A stretch of 64,000 bases of DNA. It comes from a virus. The notes beneath the pieces are model-generated. The model made no database searches, was not told the origin of the DNA, and saw only the letters and a program-made list of their open reading frames with translations. Made by a program: the position numbers and the translations under genes. This document shows positions 29,185 to 38,442 of this stretch, in pieces. The first letter of the stretch is position 1, and each line of letters begins with the position of its first letter. Location: the UHGV virus genome UHGV-0020956; one strand, given 5' to 3'.

Positions 29185-29715
29185 ATGGCTAACAAATATT
29201 ATTATACCGCTTGCCTTAAGAAAGATGATAATGGTGGTATTATTAAAGATAAAAGAAACAAATATAGTGAAGCTGTAAAAGATTTAATTGAATTGCATAA
29301 TGATAATAGAATGACTGGTGATAGTATTACTTTTATAGGCGTAATCAAGCATAAAGCAAATGAAAATCCTTTCGATAGAATCAGAGATTTGAATGAGAAT
29401 CTTACTTTAGACGTTTATACAAGAATTGTAAATGCTATGGACGAATTAAGAAAGAAAAATGATGTTTCTGTGCTTATGGAAGGTAATGCTAATGGCATAT
29501 CAGAAGATTATATGTGCTGTAAAAAAGTGAAATATAATTGTAATATAACTTTTAATATAGAAGCCTATTATGACAAAGATACATTTGCTTTAATTGAGTT
29601 TCAAATATATCTTAAGAAAAAAGACAAGTATGAAGATTGCTGTACTTTGCCAAGTTATTTTAAAAAAGAGCAAGAAAAAGATTTGCGAGAATTCATAAAT
29701 ATGTATGTTGATTAA
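29185..29715 (+). CDS. hypothetical protein
   Basis: 176 aa ORF with RBS. Confidence 0.4.
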   Translation: MANKYYYTACLKKDDNGGIIKDKRNKYSEAVKDLIELHNDNRMTGDSITFIGVIKHKANENPFDRIRDLNENLTLDVYTRIVNAMDELRKKNDVSVLMEGNANGISEDYMCCKKVKYNCNITFNIEAYYDKDTFALIEFQIYLKKKDKYEDCCTLPSYFKKEQEKDLREFINMYVD

Positions 29716-29725
29716 GGAGAATGGC

Positions 29726-29881
29726 ATGAAAGAATATATCGCAACGCCACTAGTTATAACATTTTCCATAATGATGTTTTTATGGGGATTACGAAATGAT
29801 ATTGGAGATAAAGGACGTGATATAGCAGGAGTACTTCATATCATTGCATGTGTTGTGTTAATCATTATGGCGAGTATTTAA
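29726..29881 (+). CDS. small membrane peptide (51 aa), not in ORF track
   Basis: RBS aaggagaatggcATG; two hydrophobic segments LVITFSIMMFLWGL and VLHIIACVVLIIMA. Confidence 0.35.
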   Translation: MKEYIATPLVITFSIMMFLWGLRNDIGDKGRDIAGVLHIIACVVLIIMASI

Positions 29882-29971
29882 AAAATTTGAAAAAGTGCTT
29901 GACGTATTAAGAATTATATAGTATAGTATGAAATATAATAAATAAAAAATAATATTAAAGGAGATTAAGAA

Positions 29972-30220
29972 ATGGATAGTTTAGCAATGAATTTAACAGA
30001 TACACAGAAGAGAGCAGTAGAGTTAAAAGATGAAATTGTTAAAATCTGTGAAGAAAAGAAGTTAATTTTAGTTGCTCCAAAAGAGGGAATTGGCTTTTAT
30101 GATGTAGAGTCTAAGGAACTTGTTGCTGTTTGGTCTGATAGTAAGGCTAACGAAGAAACAAAACCAGTTGATAAAGATGGCGAAGTATCAAAAATACCGG
30201 AAGTTCCAGAACAGGAATAA
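29972..30220 (+). CDS. hypothetical acidic small protein
   Basis: 82 aa ORF with RBS aaaggagattaagaaATG and upstream TTGAC..TATAGT-like promoter. Confidence 0.4.
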   Translation: MDSLAMNLTDTQKRAVELKDEIVKICEEKKLILVAPKEGIGFYDVESKELVAVWSDSKANEETKPVDKDGEVSKIPEVPEQE

Positions 30221-31029
30221 ACCATTATGGTCAAGGACTTAATAAAAATAATTAAAATTTTTTAAAAAGTCCTTGACTTATCTAATAAAATATGTTATAG
30301 TATATACATAGCAAACGAGAGAACTAAATAAATGAGTAACGATAGTGTAGCGAAAGTTTACAGAGTTCGATAGTTGCTATAGTAAATAGAGATTTGATGT
30401 GAAGAAGAGTTTCAGAAGTGCGGGTGAGTAATTAAAGTCTACAGAGAATAAACTCTGATGAAAACAGCCAACATATTATAAAATTGGAATATATCTTTTT
30501 ATTAAGTTCAGCTTTTTGCTTAAATCGTGTGTAGACGAGGGAAAGATATATGAAAGCGAAAATAAGACTTTTCCTCTGGATTTTACATTAAATCGGCGGT
30601 TGGTTGGTTATTAGGTGTAAGCGCAAACACATAATAACGCAACATGATGTGCCACTACTCACAACCGCTTTTGGTATGTATGAACAGCATACCAAAGCCT
30701 CCTAATCAGCAATACAAAAGATTAATTATTTTCTCCTTTTTGACTGGCATCTTTTCTGGTAGATGGACACGAATAGTCAAAGTGGCAACTTGTTTTGCAG
30801 AATGAGTTGCCACGTACATAGTAATTAAAAATTAAATATTTGAGATTACTAATTAATACCGTTAATAACAAAAATGCTTTGAATATTTACGGATACGGTA
30901 GATATTCAAACTCGTTATTAGAAACCTGTTCTGTAAAGATATTATAAGCTATGGCAGTGAGAACGTATCTAGTCTGCGGTTACAGAACGCATATCCTTTG
31001 GTAACGGTTGAGGGGATATGAATTGATAA

Positions 31030-31102
31030 TGGGCGTTCGGCAAGCGGCAAAGCCACAGAGTTTTGATCTCTGCACCCACTGGTTCAAATCCAGTACGCCC
31101 AG
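31030..31102 (+). tRNA. tRNA-Gln (anticodon UUG)
   Basis: hand-folded cloverleaf: 7-bp acceptor tgggcgt/acgccca, D-arm with GG, anticodon stem cagag/ctctg, loop ttTTGat, T-arm actgg-ttcaaat-ccagt. Confidence 0.8.
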
Positions 31103-31141
31103 TTTATAAAAAATAATAATTAACAAAGGTTGGTAAACAAA

Positions 31142-31747
31142 ATGGAGAATAAAGTATTAGCAGGTGCGAAACTTGCAGGCGGTAATCCAGAAAACGGAAG
31201 GGTTGAAGATGATTACTACGCAACTAATCCAGAAGCAGTAAAAATGCTGCTGACTAAGTATACATTTGATGCACATACAATCCTAGAACCTTGTGTTGGT
31301 GGAGGTCATATTGCCAATGCGATTAATGATTTTTACACAAATAAACGAGAAATTACAGGATTAGATCTGGTGGACAGAGGATATCCTGGGACAATTGTTG
31401 CTGATTTCCTTACATATGAAACTGATAAAAAGTATGAAGGCATTATCACAAATCCGCCGTATTCATTAGCAAAGGAATTTGTAGAAAAAGGTATGGAGTT
31501 TTTAGAAGATAATGGTCAGATGGCAATGTTTTTAAAAATCCAATTTTTAGAGGGTGCAAAACGAAAAGAACTGTTTGACAAATATCCTCCGAAGTACATC
31601 TATGTTTTTAGAAATCGTATGGCAACTTGGAATAGTGGACTAGAGAAAGACCCAAAGACAGGGAAACGTTGGGCAACAACTATGTGTCATGCTTGGTTCA
31701 TTTGGGAGAAAGGAAGTACGTCTGAACCGGTAGTAAGATGGTTATAA
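31142..31747 (+). CDS. DNA N6-adenine methyltransferase (orphan)
   Basis: SAM motif EPCVGGGHI and catalytic motif IV ITNPPYS; no adjacent restriction endonuclease. Confidence 0.6.
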   Translation: MENKVLAGAKLAGGNPENGRVEDDYYATNPEAVKMLLTKYTFDAHTILEPCVGGGHIANAINDFYTNKREITGLDLVDRGYPGTIVADFLTYETDKKYEGIITNPPYSLAKEFVEKGMEFLEDNGQMAMFLKIQFLEGAKRKELFDKYPPKYIYVFRNRMATWNSGLEKDPKTGKRWATTMCHAWFIWEKGSTSEPVVRWL

Positions 31748-31895
31748 AGAGATAAATAAAGGAGGATGTAATAGATATGGACAAGATAGATAAAATCAAA
31801 AAAGAAATTTTTACATCTATGAAAATTTTGGATGTATCTGTTAGCGGTTAATATGCTCGAAGGTTATGATACCGAAGCCCTACCGCCCAGATATG

Positions 31896-31966
31896 GGAAT
31901 TATAGTGTTGGATACCGTCACCGTAGAGAACCTACAAGGGTAGGGGTTCAATTCCCCTTAATTCCC
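31896..31966 (+). tRNA. degenerate tRNA-like element (possible tRNA pseudogene)
   Basis: good acceptor stem ggaatta/taattcc and T-arm agggg-ttcaatt-cccct, but anticodon arm does not fold canonically. Confidence 0.25.
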
Positions 31967-31981
31967 CTCTTTAAAAATAAA

Positions 31982-32055
31982 GGAACAATATTTCAACTGG
32001 CAGAAAATTCGGCTCATAACCGAAAAGTTATAGGTTCGAGTCCTATTTGTTCCAC
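31982..32055 (+). tRNA. tRNA-Met (anticodon CAU; could be elongator, initiator or lysidinylated Ile)
   Basis: canonical cloverleaf: acceptor ggaacaa/ttgttcc, D-stem tttc/gaaa, anticodon stem ttcgg/ccgaa loop ctCATaa, T-arm atagg-ttcgagt-cctat. Confidence 0.85.
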
Positions 32056-32242
32056 TAGAAGAATAATTAGTATTGAAATACACCACCAAAAGTTATATGA
32101 TAACCTTAAATCATTGTTGCCATACTAATTATTCTTCATAGCACTAAAATAGCAGTATAGTATAACAAAACCACCACCCCTGTTTATACTGTATTGCTAT
32201 TTTTTATTACAAAAAAATATTATTTAAAAAGGAGAAATAAAA

Positions 32243-32608
32243 ATGTTTAAAGGAAAATTAATGAGTAGATGCAACTGTCAGCATTGTGACGCTTATATTA
32301 ATATTCCAGTAAATTGGTTCACAATGTATTTTTATGAGGATTTAACAAGATGTTGGATTTTCTTGCATATGAAATTAAACCATAGTTTCCAGAGTACAGA
32401 AGATAACTGGTTTACTTTTGTGTTAAGGTTTATTGGATTGATGTTAAAATTTGATTTGGCTTGTATGCTAATTCCAGTAAAGATTGTATTGATACCGTTT
32501 TTAATGTTAGATAGATTTTTATTCTTTGACGCTAGAAGAGATATGGATTTTGAGTATCTGGAAAGTGACGACATTGAGGAAGATGAAGATAAAAGCGAGG
32601 AAAAATAA
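32243..32608 (+). CDS. hypothetical protein with hydrophobic core and acidic C-terminal tail
   Basis: 121 aa; C-terminal EYLESDDIEEDEDKSEEK. Confidence 0.4.
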   Translation: MFKGKLMSRCNCQHCDAYINIPVNWFTMYFYEDLTRCWIFLHMKLNHSFQSTEDNWFTFVLRFIGLMLKFDLACMLIPVKIVLIPFLMLDRFLFFDARRDMDFEYLESDDIEEDEDKSEEK

Positions 32609-32610
32609 TA

Positions 32611-33306
32611 ATGGAAAAGTTACAGGTAAATAAGATTTATAATACAGATTTTAGAGAAGCATTTAAAAACTACGATTTATCTAATGTAAATTTGATAGCA
32701 ACTGACCCGCCCTATAATATAAATTTTAACTATAACAACTATAAAGATAACTTGGGGGGGGTAGAGTATATTAGCTTACTAAGCAATTTTAAAAATTTCC
32801 CAACAGCTATAATTCATTATCCAGAAGAAATGATGAAATATGTTGTACCTGCGTTGGGCGTGCCTAATGAGGTTTGTGCTTGGTGTTATAATTCTAATTT
32901 ACCTAAACAATTCAGATTGATTAACTTTTATAATGTAAAAGTTGATTTTAATAAAGTAAAACAGCCATATAAGAATCCAAATGACAAAAGAATAAAAGAA
33001 CTGATAGCAAAAGGTAGTAAAGGTTCAAGATTGTATGATTGGTTTTCTGATATACAACTTGTGAAAAATGTATCCAAAGAAAATATCAATCACCCTTGTC
33101 CTGTTCCAGTAGAACTAATGGAAAGAATTATTTTATTGACCACAAATGAGGGAGATATAGTATTAGACCCTTTTATGGGTTCTGGTACTACGGCAATAGC
33201 TTGTATAAACACTAAAAGGAATTATATAGGTTTTGAAATAGATAGAGATTATTATTTATCTTCTCTGGAAAGAATTGATAAACACATTAAAAAAAAGGAG
33301 AACTAA
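32611..33306 (+). CDS. beta-class DNA methyltransferase (N6-adenine or N4-cytosine), orphan
   Basis: motif IV ATDPPYN near N-terminus and motif I DPFMGSGTTAIAC near C-terminus (beta-class order). Confidence 0.7.
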   Translation: MEKLQVNKIYNTDFREAFKNYDLSNVNLIATDPPYNINFNYNNYKDNLGGVEYISLLSNFKNFPTAIIHYPEEMMKYVVPALGVPNEVCAWCYNSNLPKQFRLINFYNVKVDFNKVKQPYKNPNDKRIKELIAKGSKGSRLYDWFSDIQLVKNVSKENINHPCPVPVELMERIILLTTNEGDIVLDPFMGSGTTAIACINTKRNYIGFEIDRDYYLSSLERIDKHIKKKEN

Positions 33307-33307
33307 T

Positions 33308-33838
33308 ATGAATATTAATTTAACAAAAATTAAAGTACATGATGATACGGTATCATACAAACACCATTCTTATGAATTTTGTTGTAAAAAAATGAAAGAA
33401 GTTTTGGAAAGCGACGAAGAAGATAGATATATAATTTTCACTAATGAAGATATTATTACTAATAAAGATAGAGAATATGAATATCCGTCAATTTGTATTA
33501 GCATTTTAGGAGTTGATGAGTTTGGTGAAAATTTTCGCAATAATTATCCTATTAAATATTGTCCGTTTTGTGGTAAAAGAATTAAAATTACAACAGTTAA
33601 AGAAGAGGATTGGACAAAGGAATATGAATCTTTAAATAAATATCTTAATGATTTAGTAAAAGCAAAACAAAAGATAAACACTACTACTTATGCCGAATAT
33701 AATAAAATTTTAGCAAAAATTCATAAAAACAATAAGATTTTTAATGATTTTTATTATATTGGTAATTATGAAGAATTTTGTAAAAATATAACAAACATTA
33801 TTGAATTAGAAGAAAAGGAAGAAAATGATAGAAATTGA
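33308..33838 (+). CDS. hypothetical Zn-ribbon protein
   Basis: RBS aaaaaaggagaactaatATG; CPFCGKRIK motif. Confidence 0.4.
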   Translation: MNINLTKIKVHDDTVSYKHHSYEFCCKKMKEVLESDEEDRYIIFTNEDIITNKDREYEYPSICISILGVDEFGENFRNNYPIKYCPFCGKRIKITTVKEEDWTKEYESLNKYLNDLVKAKQKINTTTYAEYNKILAKIHKNNKIFNDFYYIGNYEEFCKNITNIIELEEKEENDRN

Positions 33839-34122
33839 TAGAAATGAGTTTTGATTTTAAGTTTGGAAATAAAGTAAAACCTGTAGACCTCTGCCAATAT
33901 ACTCTTGCTATTGACAGCGAAGTATATTTGCAGACCGTAAGCAACATGAAGATTATCAACGCCAAAAGTCTTATTGCACTTAGTCAATTCTCTTATTTCC
34001 CCACTGAGATTGTAAGACTTATCATTAAAGACAGCAAACCAAGTGAAGCAAACAAGGCTCTGGAATATTTCCTAAGTCAGAATACAAATATTGTTAGAAA
34101 GCGAGTTGTTCAGCATGATTGA
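33835..34122 (+). CDS. hypothetical protein
   Basis: 95 aa ORF. Confidence 0.35.
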   Translation: MIEMSFDFKFGNKVKPVDLCQYTLAIDSEVYLQTVSNMKIINAKSLIALSQFSYFPTEIVRLIIKDSKPSEANKALEYFLSQNTNIVRKRVVQHD

Positions 34123-34546
34123 TAAAATAAGAGAAGCAAAAAGAGGAAAACTCACCAAAGAGGAAAACGCCATTAAACAAGTTTCAGCATGTATAAAAGC
34201 ATGGGAGAATAATGAACCTGCCACACTTAGCACTGAAACAATGAAAATAATCCTTAAAACCTTAAAAGAGGTAAAAGACTTTCGTGACGTTGGCAATGTG
34301 AAAGCTATGAAAGAATTAAAAAAACTCAGCCTTAAACGTCAGCCCAAAAGTCTTAACAAAAAATATTGCGACTATAAAGTTGATGATGAAGAAATCCACT
34401 CTTTCTACGGCATTTGCCCCAACTGTGAACAACCATTAAATTTCTACTGGCATCAAAAATATTGCGGCAACTGTGGACAAGCCCTTATCTGGCGAAACTT
34501 AAAGTCAGTCATAAGTAAGAAAGACCTTGACAAAATTATAAAATAG
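34091..34546 (+). CDS. hypothetical Zn-finger protein
   Basis: 151 aa; CPNCEQ...CGNCGQ four-Cys motif. Confidence 0.4.
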   Translation: MLESELFSMIDKIREAKRGKLTKEENAIKQVSACIKAWENNEPATLSTETMKIILKTLKEVKDFRDVGNVKAMKELKKLSLKRQPKSLNKKYCDYKVDDEEIHSFYGICPNCEQPLNFYWHQKYCGNCGQALIWRNLKSVISKKDLDKIIK

Positions 34547-34561
34547 CAGACCACATTTTGA

Positions 34562-34600
34562 AACCCCTTAGTATAAACAAGTACAAGGGGTTCTTTTTTA
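34562..34600 (+). terminator. rho-independent terminator ending the early operon
   Basis: aacccctt...aaggggtt stem followed by TTTTTT. Confidence 0.7.
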
Positions 34601-35689
34601 TTTCCAACCAAGTTATCACAATCAGAACAAAAATCCCCTATACCCACTTTCTACGGACTGTTACCACCCTAAATCAGAACAAATCCCCCTAACTCAGAAC
34701 ACGTAAATCCACCCCATATTGCAAAATGCCACACAACGTCCAAGGGAACATTTATTTGCAATGTCTTATAAATTGGACACCTAGAACAGTAATAAAAACC
34801 ATTTAAGCCCTAAGACATTGCAAATCGCACATTCAAAAACGCCTACGCAGAAACCATTACATTTATACCCATGGGGGTATGGGTACTTTTCGCCAATAGT
34901 TCTTTTTAGAACCAATTTTTCGTTATTCATAATTTTTAATAACGCTCAGTGAATTGACAAGACAACTGACATTACAGGTGACAAGACAGTTGGCAAGACA
35001 ATTCTTAATTCTCCACTATGGTTATGATAAACCACACTCCCCAAAATCTAACCACCTACAAATACTCCCCTATACCGTTACAAGTCATTTAAAGACCCTT
35101 ACAAACGGTTTTAATAAGCAAGAAGATTAAGTTATCATGTGCGAACCGAAATGCTCACATTTGCCTTGTACTAAAAAGTGACACCTTGTTATGTTCCCCA
35201 AACCCCTACAGGAATAATAGTCAAACATTAAACCAGTATACCGGTATACGGCGAATGACCCTTAACCCCGGTACACAATCACCCCCCTATCAGATAATAT
35301 GTTATCTATTGTGAAGAGTAGATGATTAAGAGATAGAATTGCAAGAATTATAAGAGTAGATAAGGGATAAGAGGATTGAGGACTGGATAATATGTTGGCT
35401 ATTACATACTCGTAAATGTTATTCCACGATACCGCCTACGCCTATGAAACCACTAGGCATAAAGAGCAAAATGATACACACATTTTCGTCACATATATCT
35501 TAAATACTCTTAGACGATTTACTGTGTGTTATTGTGGTGAGAAATGGTATGAAAAGTATAGGGATTGAGAGTGGCGCAAAAGTGGAGTGTGATAGGGTAT
35601 GGGGATATGTCTTATCGTGTGTGTGCATTATATATAGTTATATATCCAGATTGAGATAGATGAATAAAATATGGGACAGATTGTAAGAG

Positions 35690-36075
35690 TGAAGAGTAGG
35701 TTAATTGGGATAATGATATGATGTGGGTTATAGGTATCATGAGTAAAAGGTATGTATGAGGGGGATATTGAGGGAAGAGATAAAAGATATGGGTGAGAGT
35801 GTGGATAGGGGATAGTGAAGAGATAATAAAAGATAATTGAGATAGGATATGGGGATAGGAAAGAGGCGAGAGGTTGATAAGGATAATGAGAGCAAGAGGT
35901 AAGATAAGTGATAAAGAGTGAACTGGGGGGTTGGGTGCTAAAGAGGGGATTAGGGGAGAACTGGAAAGGGAAATTGAAGTTGATGAGAAGTTGGGAAGTG
36001 AATGAGGGAACGGGAGGAACGAATGGGAAACATGAGGGTGAAATATTATAAAACTGATGGGTGGGAGTGTGAGGT
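35690..36075. repeat. C-depleted (G/A/T-only) block on top strand built from GGATAA/GATAAG/TGTGGATAG motifs
   Basis: about 11 C in ~390 nt by eye; repeated GATA(A/G)G units. Confidence 0.7.
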
Positions 36076-36219
36076 GTATCAGCTATGCCGAGGGTGCGAA
36101 AATCGTATATACGAATTGTCTGAAAATACCCCCAGTTAGGCATGACTAATAGAACAACTGTTCGACTTGTCCAGGGGAGGGGGCGGTATAGTCTGCTTGC
36201 ACCGGAGCAGAACGCCAAA

Positions 36220-36254
36220 AAACGTGTCTATAATAAATCATTATAGACACGTTT
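36220..36254. repeat. perfect palindrome (15-bp arms, 5-nt loop) at the symmetry centre of the two compositional blocks
   Basis: aaacgtgtctataat-aaatc-attatagacacgttt. Confidence 0.8.
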
Positions 36255-36419
36255 GTATGCAAGCGGTTGCACAAAATTGCATATTGCGTTGCATATAATG
36301 GAAAGTATTAGCGAAAGTGATATTTTTTTATAGATATATTTACAGGAGTTATAAGTGTATGTTAAAAAAGTGACGTAATAAGATAATGTTATATATGTGA
36401 TACCATATACCAGTATTAA

Positions 36420-37040
36420 CCATTATCCCTTATCTTCTATCCTCTGCTTTCCCGTCTTAATGTTTCTTAATGTTTCATGTGAAACATGTGTAATATATTT
36501 TATCCAAATCAATTCATATTTATATCGCATCACGTTTCCGTTTTTCCATCTTCCCATACCTTATATATACCATCTTTCATTCTTCCACCTATCAACCCAC
36601 TTTCCACCCGTCCATGCATCCCACTTTCTGCCAGATCCGTTTCGTTCCAATTCCGTTTCCGTTTCCGCTTATCCTAGTTCCCACACTTTAACATCTTGCA
36701 ATCATTCCCACTTGCTACCATATCGCATACTACTTTACATATATACTCATACCATATTATCACATACGCACATTACTTTACATAGTAACCATAACCACTC
36801 ACATAGTATTCAATACTACTTATAACGCTATTCACATTCTATAACACATTTTCCAATACTATCTCATATCCCTATTAATCCACTATGTTAATATGCAATC
36901 AATAACCCATTATCCCTATAGGTTAATATGTAAATCATAAATCCTATAACCCACTAACATAGTAGATTAATATATTATCATAAACCCACTTGCTTACTAT
37001 GTAATAAGCATTTTATAAACCTATTAACACACTATGTTAT
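36420..37040. repeat. G-depleted (C/T/A-only) block on top strand built from TTATCC/CTTATC motifs (reverse complement of left block motifs)
   Basis: G fraction by eye ~5%; TTATCC at ~36425, 36503, 36670, 36910; spurious long ORFs arise because only TAA stops are possible. Confidence 0.7.
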
Positions 37041-37992
37041 TGAATTGATATACAATTTATTAAGTTATTGCTATTGTTACCATTTTAGACAATACTTTTA
37101 TCACAACGGCTCAATTTTAGTCGATAGCTTAAAGTTATATGAAAACTATAGTTATTTAAGCAATAATGATACACATTAAAACGTCTAATATATATATTAT
37201 ATATGGCACGAAAATGTATGTGCTATTGTTTGCAAAATTGCTACAATTTTCATTATGTTAGCACAACTCCAATTTTTCGGTTTACATAAGGCGTAAATAT
37301 TCAGACTCAATTTGAATTTTAGATTAATTCAACTGTGCTTATTAATAAGTGGCATTTTTAATAAGTATATCTAATAATAAGTGGCAAGTGATAGTATGCC
37401 ATAAATGGTCAAATGCCGTTTAAAGCCCCTAGAAGCCATTTTAAGACGTTTTGGGGGCGTACCCTTATATTTTATCGCTGAACCTTTTCCAATGGAAACT
37501 ATGTTATATAGTATTGAAAACTATGTAATTATCTGACAATTTAGCGCTCATAAGTGGCAAGTGCTAGTAATTAGTTTGATACTCAAATGTTTTAGCAATC
37601 AACTGTATTGAGTGCTAACAAGTAAACATATGTGAACCGTTGCCATATATGAATAGTTGCTAACTATGAATTGTAAATAAATGTTTACTAACGGGCTTCT
37701 GGCATAAAGCAGATCACTTTGTATAGGCAGTGGGCTTACTATGCTTACTTATATATATGTATACACGCATAGGGCTTTATATGTGGGCTTGCGTATGCTT
37801 TTATATGGTATCCTGCTTTTTGTAAATCCCTTTATATAAGGAAGTGATACAATCGAACAAATGTTTTTTATGAAAAGTTTTTTATGAAAAGTGTATAGAA
37901 AATATACGATTTTTTGGTAGTTTTTACTATTGAGTATATCTATACATTTTGTTATAATCGATTTATCAAAAAAGATAAAGGAGAAAAAACCA

Positions 37993-38273
37993 TGTTAAAA
38001 TTTTATGCAAATAAGAAAGAAGCAAATTTAATTGAAAGATTGATTTATTGGTGCAATGAATTATCTTACAATATAGAAAGAAGTCCAGAAGATACAGAGT
38101 TTACTAATAAATGCAATAAAGAAATCAGATATTGTATGGAAGATTTACAAAAAATAGGCGTTTCAAGATATATTATTAAAAAATGCGTTAAAATAGGGCG
38201 TGACTGGCGTAAATGCTATAACAACTATTTAAAAGAGTTGTTAAAAGTAGAAAATATCTATATTCTACGATAA
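37993..38273 (+). CDS. hypothetical small protein (Cys-rich)
   Basis: RBS aaaggagaaaaaaccATG; 93 aa; own terminator follows. Confidence 0.45.
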
Positions 38274-38278
38274 CTGTA

Positions 38279-38306
38279 TAAGGGGCTGTATAAAGCCCCT
38301 TTTTTC
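38279..38306 (+). terminator. rho-independent terminator
   Basis: aaggggctgtataaagcccctt + TTTTT. Confidence 0.7.
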
Positions 38307-38363
38307 ATATCTTTTTTGCTATCTGGATAAAATAAAAAATATAAAAAACATAATGAAAAGTAT

Positions 38364-38399
38364 TGACAATTATATAAATGTATGGTATATTATAACCAT
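38364..38399 (+). promoter_or_regulatory. conserved promoter copy 1: TTGACA-N14-TGGTATATTATAACCAT
   Basis: -35 TTGACA at 38364; extended -10 TGgTATATT embedded in near-palindrome tatggtatattataaccat. Confidence 0.6.
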
Positions 38400-38442
38400 G
38401 ATACAAATAAACAAAATTTAACAAAGAAAAGGAGAATGAATT

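Larger units (their letters stand above)
34550..37980. other. 3.4-kb ORF-free origin-like/regulatory region (iterons, palindromes, strand-compositional blocks, AT-rich tract)
   Basis: no credible ORFs; direct repeats TCAGAACAAA(A)TCCCC (34617-34700), palindromes gtataccggtatac (~35236), ACTATGTTA/AACATAGT iterons (36870-37070), ATAAGTGGCAAGTG.TAGTA x2 (37376, 37549), AT-rich 37130-37260. Confidence 0.5.

Noticed and set aside
30300-31020. Additional tRNA or tmRNA genes upstream of tRNA-Gln
   Set aside because: I found no T-loop (GGTTCRANTCC-like) with matching acceptor stems on either strand and no tmRNA tag-reading frame. The region is retained only as an unassigned structured-RNA candidate.
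31832-32128. 98-aa ORF spanning the tRNA-like element and tRNA-Met
   Set aside because: It overlaps a confidently folded tRNA gene on the same strand and has no RBS, so it is a spurious read-through of structured RNA sequence.
35628-36218. 196-aa ORF on minus strand (Pro/Ser/Tyr/Leu/His-rich)
   Set aside because: It lies in the C-depleted block (G-free on the coding strand), where TAG and TGA stops cannot occur and long open frames arise by chance. The composition is low-complexity and there is no RBS.
36397-36825. 142-aa and 63-aa plus-strand ORFs in the G-depleted block (36397-36825, 36486-36677)
   Set aside because: They have the same composition artefact, with only TAA stops possible in G-free sequence. 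There is no RBS and the amino-acid set is restricted to codons lacking G.
36870-37575. Possible CRISPR array, given multiple direct repeats
   Set aside because: The repeats are short (9-22 bp), of varying orientation and irregularly spaced, with no constant spacer length and no cas genes in the window. They are better described as iterons.
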